Source: Camelus ferus
Lineage: Eukaryota
Length of the DNA: 64,000 nt
NCBI RefSeq assembly: GCF_009834535.1
Contig: NC_045699.1
Span: 75,020,001-75,084,000 of the forward strand
Reading direction: 5' to 3'
Below are positions 14,601 to 29,696 of the stretch, in pieces. Numbering within the stretch: the first letter of the stretch is position 1; each line of letters begins with the position of its first letter. The translations under genes were made by a program, and so were the position numbers. The notes beneath the pieces are model-generated. The model did no database searches, was not told the DNA's origin, and saw nothing but the letters and a program-made list of their open reading frames with translations.

Positions 14601-17264
14601 CGCCAGCAAGGTGGTGAGGAGGCCGCTTCCCTGGGAACCTCTGGCCGAGCCGGGTGGGGGCAGAGGTGTTGCCACACGCTAGGAGGAAGAGGGAGGGGTC
14701 TGAGTGGATCCCTTCAAGAGTCAGCTGCAGGTTGAGTCGGGGTAGGAGCTTCTGGGAGCACCCAGCCTGCCCGCCACACAGCAGGTCCAGGGCCTCCTCA
14801 CAGATTTTCTCTGGGATGTTGTGGCTTTTTTTTGCGTAAAGGTCTCACACGTTACTTGCTAAGGGTGCTTCTGAATCATCAATGTGTCTGACGGTGGTGC
14901 ACGTGCTGTTTCCTGACTTACCTGTGTGGAGGATGCTGTATTTGTGGGTGTTAATTTGCCCAGCCGCCATCTAACTGAACAACACGAACTTATTCTTGTG
15001 GTGCTGGAGGTCAGAAGTCTGCAAGGACTCTCCCAGGGCTAAAGTCAAGGTGCGGGCAGGCTGGCTTCTCCTGGAGACTCCAGGGAGGGTCCCGTTTCCC
15101 TGTCTCCTCCAGCCTCCCGCTTCTCCCGTCCTCGGGTCTCTCTCTGACTCTGGCCCTCCCACCTCCTCACCCAAGGCCCCTGCGCGGCCTGGGGGCCCAG
15201 CCGGGCTGTGCAGGACTGGCCCCCGCCCTCCTGCTTAGGTGGCGCGTTCGCAGGCTCTGGGTCAGGCGTGGGCGCCTCTCTGGCTAGAGCGTGTCTGTTT
15301 TTGGAGGCTTCCGGGGGTGCAGTCGAAAGGAACCTTGATTTGCCTCATCCTTCCTATTCGGTTTCAAATGTTTGCACACGTCTTGTTGAATTGTGTCTGT
15401 GGGAACGGGGTGTCCTGTGAGAGGCGCATCGGTGTCCACCAGGCACGCGCTGCCGCCGGCGGGCTGGGCTGCAGGTCTCCACATTCAGGGAGGGCGCTCT
15501 TGTTTCTCTGTGTTATTAGTACATTCTGGGAAGGACAGGTGTCAGGCTTTACATTCTCTTCATTTTTTGTCTTTATTTTGGGGATTTTGGGTAAAGTCAG
15601 AAGTAAAGAGCACGGGGCAGCAAGGCCCAGTGCCCATCGCCCACCTCTGTGGGGTCCACAGATGCCACCGTCCCCTCGGTGATGGCCCCAGCCGGCATCT
15701 CGACTAAAGATGGATGCTCTAACCTACCACGACCGCGGCTGAGCTTATTCTGGGTCTAGGTTCCGGAGGTGGCCGTGCTCCCAGGACTGTCATAGCATCT
15801 TTGTGCAGATGGCTTGTTCAAATCAGGGTTCAGACGAGGGCCCCCTCCACCTTGCTTCTCCTGGCTGCCTCGGGTCTCTCGCAGTCTGTAGGGCTACTTG
15901 GGGTTTGTTGGCTGAACCGGGGCATTTGTTCTCCAGGCGGGACTTTGGTGGTGGCATCCCTTGGTGACTGTGAGGCCAGCCAGGACTGGCCAGCTAAGCG
16001 GTGGGGCACACCCCGTGGTGCCGCGGCCCCGCCCGGCGTTGGGTGCACTGTGGGCTCAGGGGACGTCTCAGATCCTTGGTCAGAGTCCCCTGTTGGCGGT
16101 TCTGTAGCAGCTGCCACAGCCACCTGCCTGGGTGTGTGTGCCCACACGGCCTGCCGGCTGTGCACACAGGCAGCCCTGTCCCTGGTGACAAGTGCGACTC
16201 CTCAGTAGTTACTCTGGCTATCTCTTTTGAGTTTTGATGGTGCAGATTCAAAAAAGAAGGCCCATCTTTCTCTGTTCTCTCCTCTCAACCAGCACGGGCG
16301 GCGGTCTGGTGGGCTTGCTGGGCCGGCCCACAGCACTTCTCTGTTTTTCTGTAATTACTGGTCTGCTCAGGTTTCCCTCTGCTGGAGGCCACTCAGTCCT
16401 CGGTCCCCTGGCCACAGGGCAGGGCTGTGTGTGATGGGATCTCACGCCCTCCCCCACCCCCGTGCTGTCGCCCTGCACCACTGCTGGCGCCCAGGCCCAT
16501 GTCCGCCCCCCCATCCTCAGAAGCTGGTGCTGCTTTGCCATCTTGTCACGATTCCCAGGGCCCGGGCCGGGCGGGGTGTGTGGATGGCAGGCCAGGCTGG
16601 GCCGACGCCTGCCATGTTTGCAGTGGAGACCTTTGGTGACCTGGCGTTCAGTGACATCTTTTTGCATCTGCTCACGGGGAACCTGGCGCTGCTGGCTGAC
16701 GAATTCGCCCTGGAGGACTTCTGCAGCAGCCTCTTCGACGGCTTCCTCCTCACCGCCTCCCCGAGGTACCGTCCTCTTGATTCACATCCATGGCAGCCAG
16801 GGCGGTGGGGTCAGAGTGCCAGGCACGGTTGGGGAGGGTGGGTGGTTCTGTGAGCACCTGCAGCCCAGCCCCGCACGGCCTCTTCCAGGAAAGAGAACGT
16901 GCAGCGGCACGTGCTGAGGCTCCTCATCCACCTGCACCACCGGGTGGCCCCGTCCAAGCTGGAAGCCCTGCAGAAGGCGCTGGAGCCCACGGGCCAGGTG
17001 AGTGCCCCTCTCCAGCCCGCACCCCTGTTGCTGGCCCGACCCTGCCCATGTGTGTGTCATCTGGGCGCATGCACCAAGCGGCCTGGGCGGCCCCAGAACC
17101 CTGCGCTTTTCCTACAGAGCGGAGAGGCGGTGAAGGAACTTTATTCCCAGCTCGGTGAGAAGCTGGAGCAGCTGGACCATCGGAAGCCTAGCCCAGCCCA
17201 GGCCCCGGAGGCCCCAGCCCTGGAGCTACCTCTCCCCACCGTGCCTGCCCCAGCTGTGCTCTGA
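8689..17264 (+). CDS. NELFB: Negative elongation factor B (COBRA1). Exon 1 ~8689-~8931 (AUG and donor inside the N gap 8805-8944), then 9270-9433, 9640-9739, 10133-10363, 11874-12059, 12736-12848, 13388-13490, 13677-13772, 14003-14145, 14222-14328, 16624-16765, 16889-16997, 17118-17264
   Basis: Near-identical to the NELF-B I recall: TENGVLLPSLQSALPFLDLHG, VPEKKLKLVMADKDLYRACAVEVKRQIW, FTWCLDACIRERF, ...ELPLPTVPAPAVL*. All visible junctions GT-AG and in phase. The N-terminal extension AELEGVGERSSGGPRGP is visible before the gap. Confidence 0.96.
8805..8944. other. Assembly gap (140 N). Other gaps: 34442-34637, 37552-37743, 38448-38589, 51313-51668, 54908-55040
   Basis: Runs of N seen directly. 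Confidence 1.
13830..13856 (+). repeat. (GAG)9 repeat in NELFB intron 8
   Basis: Seen directly. Confidence 0.95.
14970..15130 (+). mobile_element. MaLR (MLT1-type) LTR fragment in NELFB intron 10
   Basis: aacaacacgaacttattct...ctggaggtcagaagtctg...gggctaaagtcaaggtgcgggcaggctgg...ctggagactccaggg resembles the MLT1 consensus. Confidence 0.6.
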
Positions 17265-17948
17265 GGCTCCGCCTGGGGCTGCTCAGGGGTGGGTGGGGCC
17301 CCTGGACCAGTGAGAGCCAGGACCCGGCTCTCCTAGAGGCAGAGGACGGTTCACAGCACAGTGGGTGGGCTGAGCTAGACCCCCGGGGCCGTCCTGTGGG
17401 CAGGGCACCCCTGCTCTGCGCCTCAGCCTCTCCTAGAACTGGGTCCCAGGAGGTGTGTGCCTTCTGTGTGACTGTGACCTGTGTCCCTGCTGCTGTGAGC
17501 CCCTGGCCGGCTCCGTGGTGCCGCAGGCCCTGCTCTGTGTCTGCCACACCCCACCTGGCCCTGGGCATCCGAGCCACGGGAGCTTCTGTTTTTTCCTGCC
17601 TTGCGGTGTGGTTTCTGCTGTTGCTGGTCAGACAAGGGCAATAGTTGAAATTAGAAAAAAGCCACCCGTTTTCCAAGGGGAGAGGGCAGGGTCCCAGGCC
17701 AGAGGCGGTGAAGGCGGGCAGTGAAGGCGGGTGGGCAGGGTTGACACAGATCGACAGGATCATGTGGTTGCTGGCCAGGTGCCACAGGTGAAGTCCAGCC
17801 CTGCCCTCTTGCAGGAGCGCCTCCCCGGTGACAACCCCGTGTAGCAGGCATGGCAGAGGGAGGCCCCACCCTGCTGCGCTGGGCTTGCTCCTTCTTGCTC
17901 GGCTGCAGGGTCTCGGCTGTTGCACATAGTGAGACTTTTACTTACGTA

Positions 17949-17954
17949 AATAAA
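17949..17954 (+). terminator. NELFB poly(A) signal AATAAA
   Basis: First AATAAA after the stop, 685 nt downstream. Confidence 0.85.
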
Positions 17955-20900
17955 AGGCATTTTGGTAAATCCACAGTGAGCTGTTTACATGCATGCCCGA
18001 GGCTGGCAGCAGTGCAGGCTGGGTGGCCGCTCTCCTGGCTTTTCTGTCTTTGTGGGCACCGTCAGGATGCCCAGCCCTGCCCAGGAGAGCAGCCGTGGGT
18101 GGTGAGGCTTGGGCCTGGCTGCACTTGGGGCCACGAGACTGGACTCATTTGGCGCTGGGTGGGCCCTAGCTCCCATCGTCAGTGGTGACAATACTGGAGG
18201 TCAGGCTGCGTGGAGGTCACCGTGACCTTGACAGGCACAGCTCTGCAGGTGGAAGGACAGAAGGAGGGAATGATTGGAGACCCCGGTAGAGACGAAGACT
18301 GGGGAAAGTAGGGACCTGGGGGCATGGGTGTTGGGGGCCACAGGAACCGGTATGGGAGAAACACGTTTGTGTTTGGTGGCAATGACCCAGTGAGTGAAAA
18401 GTAGACAGGGTGGTGGGGTGGCTGGAGTGTCACGGAGTGGGTGGGAGCAGGCGGTGCCAGGGCCCACGGGGCTTCCCGGGAGCAGGGAAGGCAGATCTGG
18501 GGGTACAGACGCTGAAGGTCCCCTTCCAGCTGCTGCTTTTTTCCTCTAGGAAGCAGGGAGCCAGGTCCCAGGCTGGGGGGCAGGACTGGGTGGAGCCGGG
18601 GCCAAGGAGAGAGGACAAGGAAGGAACTTGGCTGTGGGAGGAGCGAGTAAGTGGATGGACAGGGACCCGCGTGACCCACCTGAGGCTCACAGTCGGGACA
18701 AAGACCAGTCAGTGCGGCCAGGCTCCTCCAGCCCAGATGAAGGGAACAGGGACTGGAGGCCCCAGTGGGTGGGGGCTTGTTGGGTGGAGGGTATGAGCTG
18801 CAAGGATGGGGTGGGGGCTTCAGTCATGGGCAACGGAGAGCCCTGGGAGGGACGGGGGTAGGAGGCAGCTGAGCCCAGGGGCCCTGGGAGGCTGTGAGGT
18901 GGGAATCCTGAGACCAGACAGCGACCCCAGCAGCCGTGGGGAAATGAGGGAGGTCTGGTCTGAGGAAGAGAGCGACCACGCTGGGGATTCGGTAAGGGGA
19001 GGGGCCTGTGTGTGGTGGGGTAACCTGTCCACCTCCAGGCCAGCAGTTTGGGAGCCTTGGAGCCCCAATGGGCTGTTGGGGTTGGCAGTGTGGGCAGCGA
19101 GGTGAAGAGGCTACAGAGAAGAAGTTGAAGACGTGGACCTGAATTCGGGGCTGGGGCTGGATCACGGGGCCCGCGCTGGATGAGGGTGTGACGGGAGGCC
19201 CCCCAGAGTAGAGCATGGGGTGGGTGGGATTAGTCCTTCAGCAGGGAGAGGTGGGGTCCTGGGGCCCCCTTCACCGCTGGAGACGGGGGAGAAAGCACAG
19301 AGGAGGCAAGGCCTCAGCACAGACCTCAGGTTCACCCTTGACCCCACTGAGGGTAGGCCCTCCGAGGAAGGACTTTTTTGACTACTGCTACACCCTGCGT
19401 ACAAGCCCCCTCTTCCCCGCAGCGATGGGGCTCTGGACCCTAGAGGGTTCGGCAGAAGCAATTGCTGATCAATCAGAGCTAGGACTGATCCCCCGTCCCC
19501 AACCCCAGCAATGCCTTCAAGGTCCCCCCTGGGGTCTGCCCTGTGTCAGAAGACATGGACATTATAGGAAGCTTGAGAGCCATGGGGCACCAGCAGGGGC
19601 CTGGACAGATGTTTTTCTGTCCTGGTCCCTGGAAGGCCTGGGTATGGGCTGAAAGCACCTCCAGGCTACTGGGGGATGAGGTATTCATAAGTGCCTGCAC
19701 AGTGAAGGGCAGCGAGTCCCAGGGAGCCAGGCCCCCAGCTGGAGAGGAGGATGCAGAGAAGCAGTGGTTTCTGTGTGGTGATCCTGCCCCAGGGCAGTGG
19801 ACAGATGGACAGACAGGAACTCCCACGTGCCGACAAGAAGCCATGAATTCTATATTTTGGGGAGCACAGGCACCCCCGAGCCCATGACCATTTGCCTGAT
19901 GTGGGTCATGCAGGGAGGTGGAGGAAAGCTGAGAGAGAGGAGAGAGATTCGCTGGGCAGAGGGACTCCTGTGGGCAAAGGTGTGGAGGATGAAGCATAGG
20001 GATGCCAGGAGGATGGGGGCCACGGGCAGGGTAGAATCTGGGGGGTACTCAGGACTGCCAGCACCAGCGGGACAGTTGGGCACAGAGCCGGGACTGATTT
20101 GGGGGCATTACTGGCTGGCAGACCTGCTCTTTGGTGAGAGGCTTCCAGGTTGGGCCGGAGGGAGAGGAGCTGAGGGTCAATCAAGCAGGCAGGAATGGCA
20201 GTGGGGGCAGGGCCACAGGAAGCTGGTGGCGGGGAAGGGTCCAGACCCTCCATCTGCAAACTCTTGGCCCAAGTTCTTTCCAAATTTGCACTCCCGCCAG
20301 GGCCCTGGGCCACACGAGGGGGTCCTTCCCAAGTTCCAGAGCTTCTGTCCCAGTGTGGGCTGCCTGTCCTTGGGGGGCTCGAGGCTGGGGTACAGAGGAA
20401 GAGAAAGGGGGAGATGGGGCCGATGGAGCCCCAGGCCCTGGTAGAAAAGGAGAAGGAAATAAGCCCCACTCTGTGGGCCCCCAGGCTGGGGTGTGGAAAG
20501 GGGGAACAGGGAGGGTTGGGGGAACCCCCAGCTGCGGAGAACCCCACCTGCCCTCTTTGCGCTTGCTGCCAGTCAACCTGCACACCTAGCCCCACCTCTT
20601 CTCCGTGGACTCCGTGGGGAGTCAGGTGAAGGAGATACCCTGGGAGGTGGGGGTCCGTGCAGGGTACACTGGGGTGCAAGGGACACATGGGATCCTAGGG
20701 GAGGCGAGGTCCCTCAGCCTCACAGGGTGTCCTGGGCCTGGACTGAGCCTGGAGGACTGGGAGGGCTGCAGGGCAGAGGGTAGGTGACCCATGGCCGTGG
20801 CCAGGGGACCTGGGAGAGCCCGTCAGGCCTCCCCCTCTGGCGCCTCCGTCCAGCCTAAGTCCCGCCCGTGCCGCACCCCTGACTCACTTCCTTTGCACAG

Positions 20901-21389
20901 AAGCGGAAACCTCCCCAGAGCTTCCTCCGCTCCGGACGCTCCCCAGGGACCCGCAGGTGTCGCTACCCCTCCAAGCTTGAGCTGACCCAGTGAGGCTCCT
21001 GACCCCACCTCGACCCTCACCAGGAAGCCTGGACATTCTGCTTCCTGAGTGGCAGGGCCCGGTGTCTGGTGTGGGCAGGGGGCTGCCCTGAGGGGCTGGG
21101 GGCCAGCAAGAGCCTGGCCTGACCTGACGCAGCTGCAGGTACGGGGGTGTCAGGGGCCGGGGCATCCATTCCACCTTTCTCCAGCTGTCTCCTCACTAGC
21201 TTTATCCTTCGTCCGGATCTTACCTTTCTGTCCGTCTTTTCACCCCACCCCCACCCGTCTCTCAGGGGCTCCCTGTCACCCTCTCCATTAGTGTGTTCAC
21301 TGGAGGGATGTGGGGAGGTTCCTAATTTGGGGGCTGGAAGCCTGGGCTCAGCTTGGGGTCAGGGCTAGAGCCCATTCTCAAAAGCATAA

Positions 21390-23153
<1,764 letters not shown>

Positions 23154-23254
23154 CCCAGGCGCAGCTGGACGCAGTGGACGCCGGCAGGCACGACGGGGCG
23201 TGGCAGTAGGAGGGAGGGGACCCTATGGATTTGCCCTAGGCTTCTGAGGCCTCT

Positions 23255-26200
23255 AATAAATCTGTCCATGGCCCCTGGCTGGTTACACTGGGACCTGGGG
23301 AGGCTGGTGGGCTGGGTCAACTCTGAGCTCCTTCCAGTTCCAACCCCCTACAGCCCCAGGGGGCCACCTGCCGGTTCAGCCCCACTGTCCCACATCGCAA
23401 GCACTCTAGCAGGTGGGCAGCCTTTCCCCACGATACAGAGGATGGGTGACCACAGAGGGGGTGCAGACGCCAGGGTCACACAGCTGGTTCCCTGCAGCAC
23501 TGATGTGGTCATGCAGCGGCAGCCAACACACACACCTACTCACAGGGTCATAGCCCAACCTTCCGCACACGTGCTCACCCTGGGGGCCTAAAGTCTCAGA
23601 TGCTTCTCCACCGCAAGCATCATGGGGGATCTGCCTGGATTTCTCACAGCCTCAGGCAAAGGGATAGGTGAGGGCTCCACCCAATGAGCTGATCCAGTGG
23701 GATCCTGACTCCTCTGGAAGGGGGCCTCTCAGGGTGGCAGCAGCAGGAGATGGGTCCAAGTTGGGGGCCCTGACCACCAACTTGCTCCAAGGTGCTGAAC
23801 TGGAGGGGCGGCATCTGAGTAGGGATCCTGCAGACTCAACTGCAGGGAAGCAGAACCCTGGCTGCCACTGCTTCCCAGGCCTGAGTGGGGCCTGCCGTCC
23901 CGGCTCCTCTCCAGGCATGCAGCCCCTCCACCCACCCTCGCTCTGCAGGTCCATGGCTCCCAAAGCAGGATTGCAGGCGTCATGCCCACTGCCTGGGGCA
24001 GGGTGAGTGCCAAGTTTTGGGACACCTCCTGCATGGGCTCCCAAGCGGGTCGGGGAGGCCTCAGTGTTGTCGCCTGATGGGCACACGGGTCAGCATGGAC
24101 CAACCCACCCAGGAACAAGGCACAGCCTGGGGGCTTGGGGAACACCAGCACCACAACTGGGCAACAACACATCCCAAGGGAGGGCTGAGGGGAGGGCCGG
24201 TCGCAGTGGGGACACCCCAAGGATGAAGTGGGCTGAGCAAGGAGCTCTAGCCCCCTGCCTCTGAACTCAGCCCAACCCCTCCCCTCCCCTGGACCTCAAG
24301 GACAACAGAGCCACTGGCAGGCTGGTTCCCAGAGGGCCAGTGTAATTAGAGCTCCTCCCCACCACCCATTCTCTCCCTGGTGGTTCTGCTGACCTGGGGG
24401 TCTGAGGTCTGTCAGAGGGGGAGGGAGAGTGAGCCCTCCTGCCCCTGGAGTCTGTCCCAGGACAGGAAGCAGCTGGCCTGGCAGGCCAGTTCCTGGGTCC
24501 AGGACAGGAAGGGTGGGGAGGAGGCACGTCCTGCCCAGAAGGACCAGATGCCTCTCAGCTCCAGGGCTCCCTGGGGGCGGCAGGGGGTGAGGTGGGGGGA
24601 TTTGGCCAGTTTGCAAGATGGTTCTAAACCAGGAGCCAGAGATGAAGGTACCCAGCTGAACAGCCAGTGGGATGTCGGGTGGTGTTTGCTGTGGCCAGTG
24701 TGCTTGCCCTTTAGTGTATGTAACTGGGTCTCTGCTTCCCCAGAGGCATCTAACCACTTGCAGCAAGACGAGTTTACGATTGCAGACACCTCTCAGCAAG
24801 CAGGTGATCACAGGCTGCGTGGTTACCCAAAACCACTGTGACCAGAATGTGGAGTGACGGTCGCCCAGCTGAAACTGCGCGGGCTCCAGGGTCAGCTGGC
24901 TCTCCTAGGCTCCTGATCCCTGGTTCGCTGGTGCTCACTCCCACCCTTGGGGGGAAAGCTGTCCCTACGGAGGCAAAGCCAGGACTGCTTATGCCTCCTA
25001 GAAGTTCTCGCTCAAGGCAGTTATAAAGGGTTAATGGGACGGATCCATATGAGGCTTCTGTTCAGTGATGTAGGGAGAACGGGACAGTGAATATGGCGGG
25101 GCACACTGCCCTGTGCTCTCCGGCCAGCAAGGCAACAGGTTGCCCAAACATAAGGGCCACTCACAGACCTTCCACATATGGAAGTGTGACGGGGGGTGTA
25201 CGCACATAAAGCCCCCACACGAGTGATGGTACCTGCAGATTCCTTCATTGGCATAGAGGTGCTGGCATCACTTAGCAAGGCTCAGAGATTTTGTTACACA
25301 ACAAGAAGCTACCTGACAGATGTGTCAGCAAGTTCACAGGTCACTCAACTTGCATTGGCAACTCCGCAGAGCTTTTCATGCAAATATTCAAAAGAACTTG
25401 TTTTTCTGTCCCAGGGGTGGGTCAACTTGGAGCAAAGAATAAATTTAGGTGGACTTGGCTCCCTAACTCTATAAAGCAGGCCCACAGAACAACCTGGACA
25501 GACAACAGCATCTGGAACCTCGGTGGGACTACTCACAGGGTGAGCCAGGAGCCCTTGCTGTCCTGGACGGGCTAGGGTTTCTGGTGGCAAATCCAGCAGT
25601 CAGAGAGGGTCCCCCTTTCTCCAGGGCCTGGGACATATGAGCGAGGGTGTTGTGCTTCCGTGGGAGGGAGGGAAGAAGCCAGTTGAGGGACAGTATTGAA
25701 ATCAAGATGTACAGGCCTGGTCCGGGCATCTTGGGAAAGCTGCTGGCCCCAGACAGCCTCTGTTCCAGGTCCTAACAGGCTTTATCTTCAGGTGGCCAGA
25801 CAGGGCGCAGGTCCAGTGGGGCTTGGTGCCTCCTTTACGTGTGACACTGGATCCCGGATTCCATTCCCTGGAGTTTGGTGACACAGGCTTAGTCAACAGG
25901 ACCAGTAGGGCCCTTCTGCCGAGGGTGGAAAGAGTCCTCTTGGAGGTGCCTTTTCCAGTGCACAGAACCTTCAGGCTGTGGAGTGTGCTGTTTGGAGTCT
26001 CCATCTCCCGGGAGCGCACTGCAAAAGGAATGCTCTCCCAGGGCCTGGTTACTTTCAGTAGATGCAATTTTAGACTTTTGTGCATGTTTGGAAGCTTGCA
26101 GGTACCAAAGAAAATATACCATTCATTCTGTGTAATTTTACAGCGCAGTCCTCCAATTAGGTCCTAAGAAAAAACGAATTTGGGAAGATCGGAAGTTCCC

Positions 26201-26407
26201 CGTAATGGCCATTGCAATTCTGAATTACTTTTAATTTGTTAGACCCACTTAGTTAAAAATGAGCATGTCAGGGTCCACAGCTTTTAAACATGAACCTGGC
26301 CAGAGTCCCTGGGGGAGGGCTGCCCTCAGAGCATCTCTTTTCCCTAAGTTCTCCTGGAAAGTCAAGAAAGTTGCTGGAGTCCTAGCCCAGATTCCAAAAG
26401 AAATAAA
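23255..26407 (+). terminator. Candidate TOR4A poly(A) signals: AATAAA at 23255-23260, 25438-25443 and 26402-26407
   Basis: Three canonical hexamers between the stop and the repeat block; which is used cannot be told from sequence. Confidence 0.55.
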
Positions 26408-26703
26408 ACAGATGACTGGATTCTAGTTAGATTGATTCCCCCTAAAAGAACCTCACTATGCATGCCCCGGAAAAAAACTGAGTACCCACCGAGGATGAAG
26501 CCTTGAACCAGAAAAGATGAAACCTTTTCCCTGAAAGGACAAAACTTTTCCAGATCCTGAATAAAGTCAGAGAGCTCAAATGCAAACAGAGCAGTTTGGA
26601 ATCCACAAGAAGAGACTCACAGAAGTGATGAGCTTGAGGGGCTTGGTGTGGGTCCCTCACTCAGTTCCAGGGTCCCTTCACATCCCACTTCTGACACCAT
26701 ATA

Positions 26704-27129
26704 TGTCAACTTGAATACTATAATGGCTAGTTATTTTACCAGCAAAAGCGACTTTATTTGGAAATAGAGGAACTATAGTTCAGGATATATGAACTGGGGC
26801 AGACCACAGTGAAATCAAGAAAACAGGGAGGAAGAACTTGCTTTTATAGGGAAAAGGGGGAGTGGGGAGGGGCTGTGACAACCAAAGAGCCCATACTTTG
26901 GACCCCAAAGGTTGGGCCACTGTGGTCTCTGATAGGTTGGGCCATCCTGGGAGAAGAAGAGAGACGTTCCCTTCCTCCTCCGGAATGGTTAGTAGAGGCG
27001 CTCTCCTGTCCAGAATGTAGGCGAGATCCCTTCCTGTTTGGGGTAATTGACATGCATGGTGGATGCAGGAGTGTCCCCTACAGGCTTGTCCTGACTTCCA
27101 CTTCGGCTGAAGTTTCTATAATCCTTTCA
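26704..27129 (-). mobile_element. Solo ERV LTR (ERV1-like), minus orientation
   Basis: Minus-strand TATAAAA (26842-26848) followed by AATAAA (26753-26758), TG...CA ends; no TSD found and ends approximate. Confidence 0.55.
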
Positions 27130-27323
27130 TCCACGTTTTAAGCTTCATTTTGCAACTTTGTCTTGTGCCTTTTAGTTGTCCTCCTCTTCCTATGTTTCTT
27201 TTTCCTTACTTCTTGCTTCTTTTTGCAGTGGTGCCCTCAAATGCCCAGTGCTTGATTTTTCTCCCCGATTGGCTGGCAGTTTGCCATGAGCACCTAACCT
27301 AACCCAACCCATCTCTTAAAAAA

Positions 27324-27469
27324 TTTTTTTTAATTAAAAACAATCTTTTTATTTTTATTATTTGGGGGAGGGAGATCTATTTATTTATTTTTAGTGGAGG
27401 CACAGGGAATGGAACCCAGGACCTCATTCACGCTAAGCATGTGCTCTACCGCTGAGCTGTACCTTCCCC
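27324..27469 (-). mobile_element. tRNA-derived SINE (camelid Vic-1-like)
   Basis: Minus strand reads GGGGAAGGTACAGCTCAGCGGTAGAGCACATGCTTAGC...GTCCTGGGTTCCATTCCC: A and B boxes, then AAATAAATA, a C-rich stretch and an A tail. Confidence 0.85.
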
Positions 27470-27559
27470 GTGAACCTGACTCCTCTTACATCCTCGCCTG
27501 GGCAGCTGAGAGACTTTCCATCCCCTGAGCTCCAAGTCGGCCCTCTCCACCCTGAGGGC

Positions 27560-29124
27560 CGTTCTTATCAAGTACTTTAACTGTCCCTTTTATTAAACTC
27601 TGCATATCAGATAGTATTATTATATATCATTTGTATTGACTTTAATATTTTGTTTTATTGATTTATTTGTGAACTAGTTCCTTCTTTTTCAGATACTACG
27701 TTGTCAGGTTTCCAGGTCCCGTGTGTGTCGGGGCATCCGTTCTGGGCTCTCTGTTGACTTCTGTGGATCCATTTATTTCCTCTGGCCCCACCCCGGGTGT
27801 CCTGACGGCTCCGTAAGCCTGCAGAAGCCATTGCACCTTGCAGAATATTGTTATTCATGACAAGTCACTTGGCGCTTTTGAGCTTTTTTTTTTTTTTTTA
27901 ACTTGATTTTGTCAATGTCTTTGACAAACCTTTTTGGATTTGATCAGAATGGCACTGACTCTACAAATCAGTTTGGGGAACAACTACCCCTTTACTGCTA
28001 TACATTTATCAAGGCCTGATTGAACATCTCAGTAGAGCTCTGGAGTTTGCTGCAGAGAGGTCTTGCTCATTATTGTTAGATTTATTCCCAGAAACTGTGT
28101 ATTTTGGGTTGGTATTGTAGAGGGTTACTGTCATACGATCTATATCAAGAAAATTGTATAAAGCAAAATCTATATTTAAAGTTTTATCACAAAGCAAGTA
28201 CCCATGTGCTCACCATTCAGGTCAAGAAACAGGAAATGATCTGTTTCCTGGAAGAGCCCCCCCACTGCTGTCCTCACCAGCACCCACAACCTGCCCCTCC
28301 CTGGTACCCCAGCTTCATCCTAGGCGACAACCACCCAACTTTCAAAATAATTACTGCCTGTCTTCTTCACACTTTAACCAGTTAACATTACCACCCTAAC
28401 CAGTCTGGCTTAGCTTGTTTTCTATGTTGTAGTTTTCTTGTTTACTTATTTTTAAAAGCAGTGTGATTGAGGTAGCGTTTCTACACTGCAAAATTTGCTC
28501 ATTTTAAGTGGACAATTTTCTGATTTTTAGTAAATTTGCAAAGTTGTCCAATATCACCACAATTCAGGCTTAGAATATCTCCATCATCACAGAAAGATCC
28601 TTCCTGCTCCTTTTCTGTGAATCCCTGTTTCCACCCATTTCTCAGACACCACTAACCCTTTTTCTGTCTGTATAGGTTTGCCTTTTTAAAAAAGCATTTC
28701 ATACAAATGGAAGCTTTTGTAGCTTTTTGTGTCTGACTTCCTTCACTTAAAATCTGTTTTTGAGACTGACACAACAGGGACACTTCGGCATTTGGTGTAA
28801 CTCTTTCTATTTCCAAACTGCATCCATTAAATGGATCAAAGACCTTTTGTTTACTCATTCATCACTTAATGGACATTTGGATTTTTTCCAGTTTTTGGCT
28901 TTTATGCATAAATGGTGCAAGTAACATTTGCCAAACATTTCTTCAGGTGGATATGTTTTTATTTATCTTGAATAAATACCAAGGAGGGGAATTGCTAAGT
29001 CATATAAATTTTTTTTTGTTTAAATTTTAAAGAAACTGCCAGACTGTTTTCCAAAGTGGCTGCACCATTTTACATTCTACCAGCAGTGTTTAAGGGTGAT
29101 CGTTTGTCCACATCCTTGCCAAAA
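27560..29124 (-). mobile_element. L1 fragments (ORF2 and 3' end), antisense
   Basis: T-rich L1-like text, e.g. ttccaaagtggctgcaccattttacattctaccagcagtg...catccttgcc. Confidence 0.8.
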
Positions 29125-29128
29125 CCTG

Positions 29129-29692
29129 TGTTGCGGAAAAATGTGTTACAGCTCAGTTGTGACAGCAACCTGGATCCGGGTGAGAGACCAGGCAGCACTT
29201 GGAGACTTGGAGAACTCAGGTTTATTACGCCAGCAGGCCCAGAAGAGTTAACACTCCAAGCTCTGGACCCCGTCTGTGGGTTTACACAGGCCTTTATAGG
29301 CTGCCAGTTTTACACTTTGCAAAATCATATTCAAATAAAGTATAACAGAGTTGACCAACCAGGAACAAGCTTTGTAGAAATAGACCAATTAGGAGTGAGA
29401 GAAATAACCAATCAGGAGCGAGCTCCATGCAAATGAAGTACTACAAATGGACCAATCAGAAGCTAGGGAAGTGGACCAATCAGAAGTGAGAGTAATAACC
29501 AATCAGGAGTGAAGGAAATAGCCAATCAGAAGTGAGCTCAGGGAACCAGAAGAATTTCAGGGGTAAGTAAGCTGTTTCAGAGGCAAAAAGTGAGATAGAG
29601 CCTCTGGGCCAGGGAATGGGATGGTGCCAGCAGGAGAGTAGTGAACCTACTTGGGGACCCTGAAGGTTTTTTTTATGGGGCTTCCCGCCTCA
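29129..29692 (-). mobile_element. 564-bp solo ERV1-class LTR inserted in L1, with a 4-bp TSD (CCTG) and a CCAAT-box array
   Basis: TG...CA ends; CCTG at 29125-29128 and 29693-29696; L1 text continues across the insertion; minus-strand TATAAA 29293-29298 and AATAAA 29221-29226. Confidence 0.85.
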
Positions 29693-29696
29693 CCTG

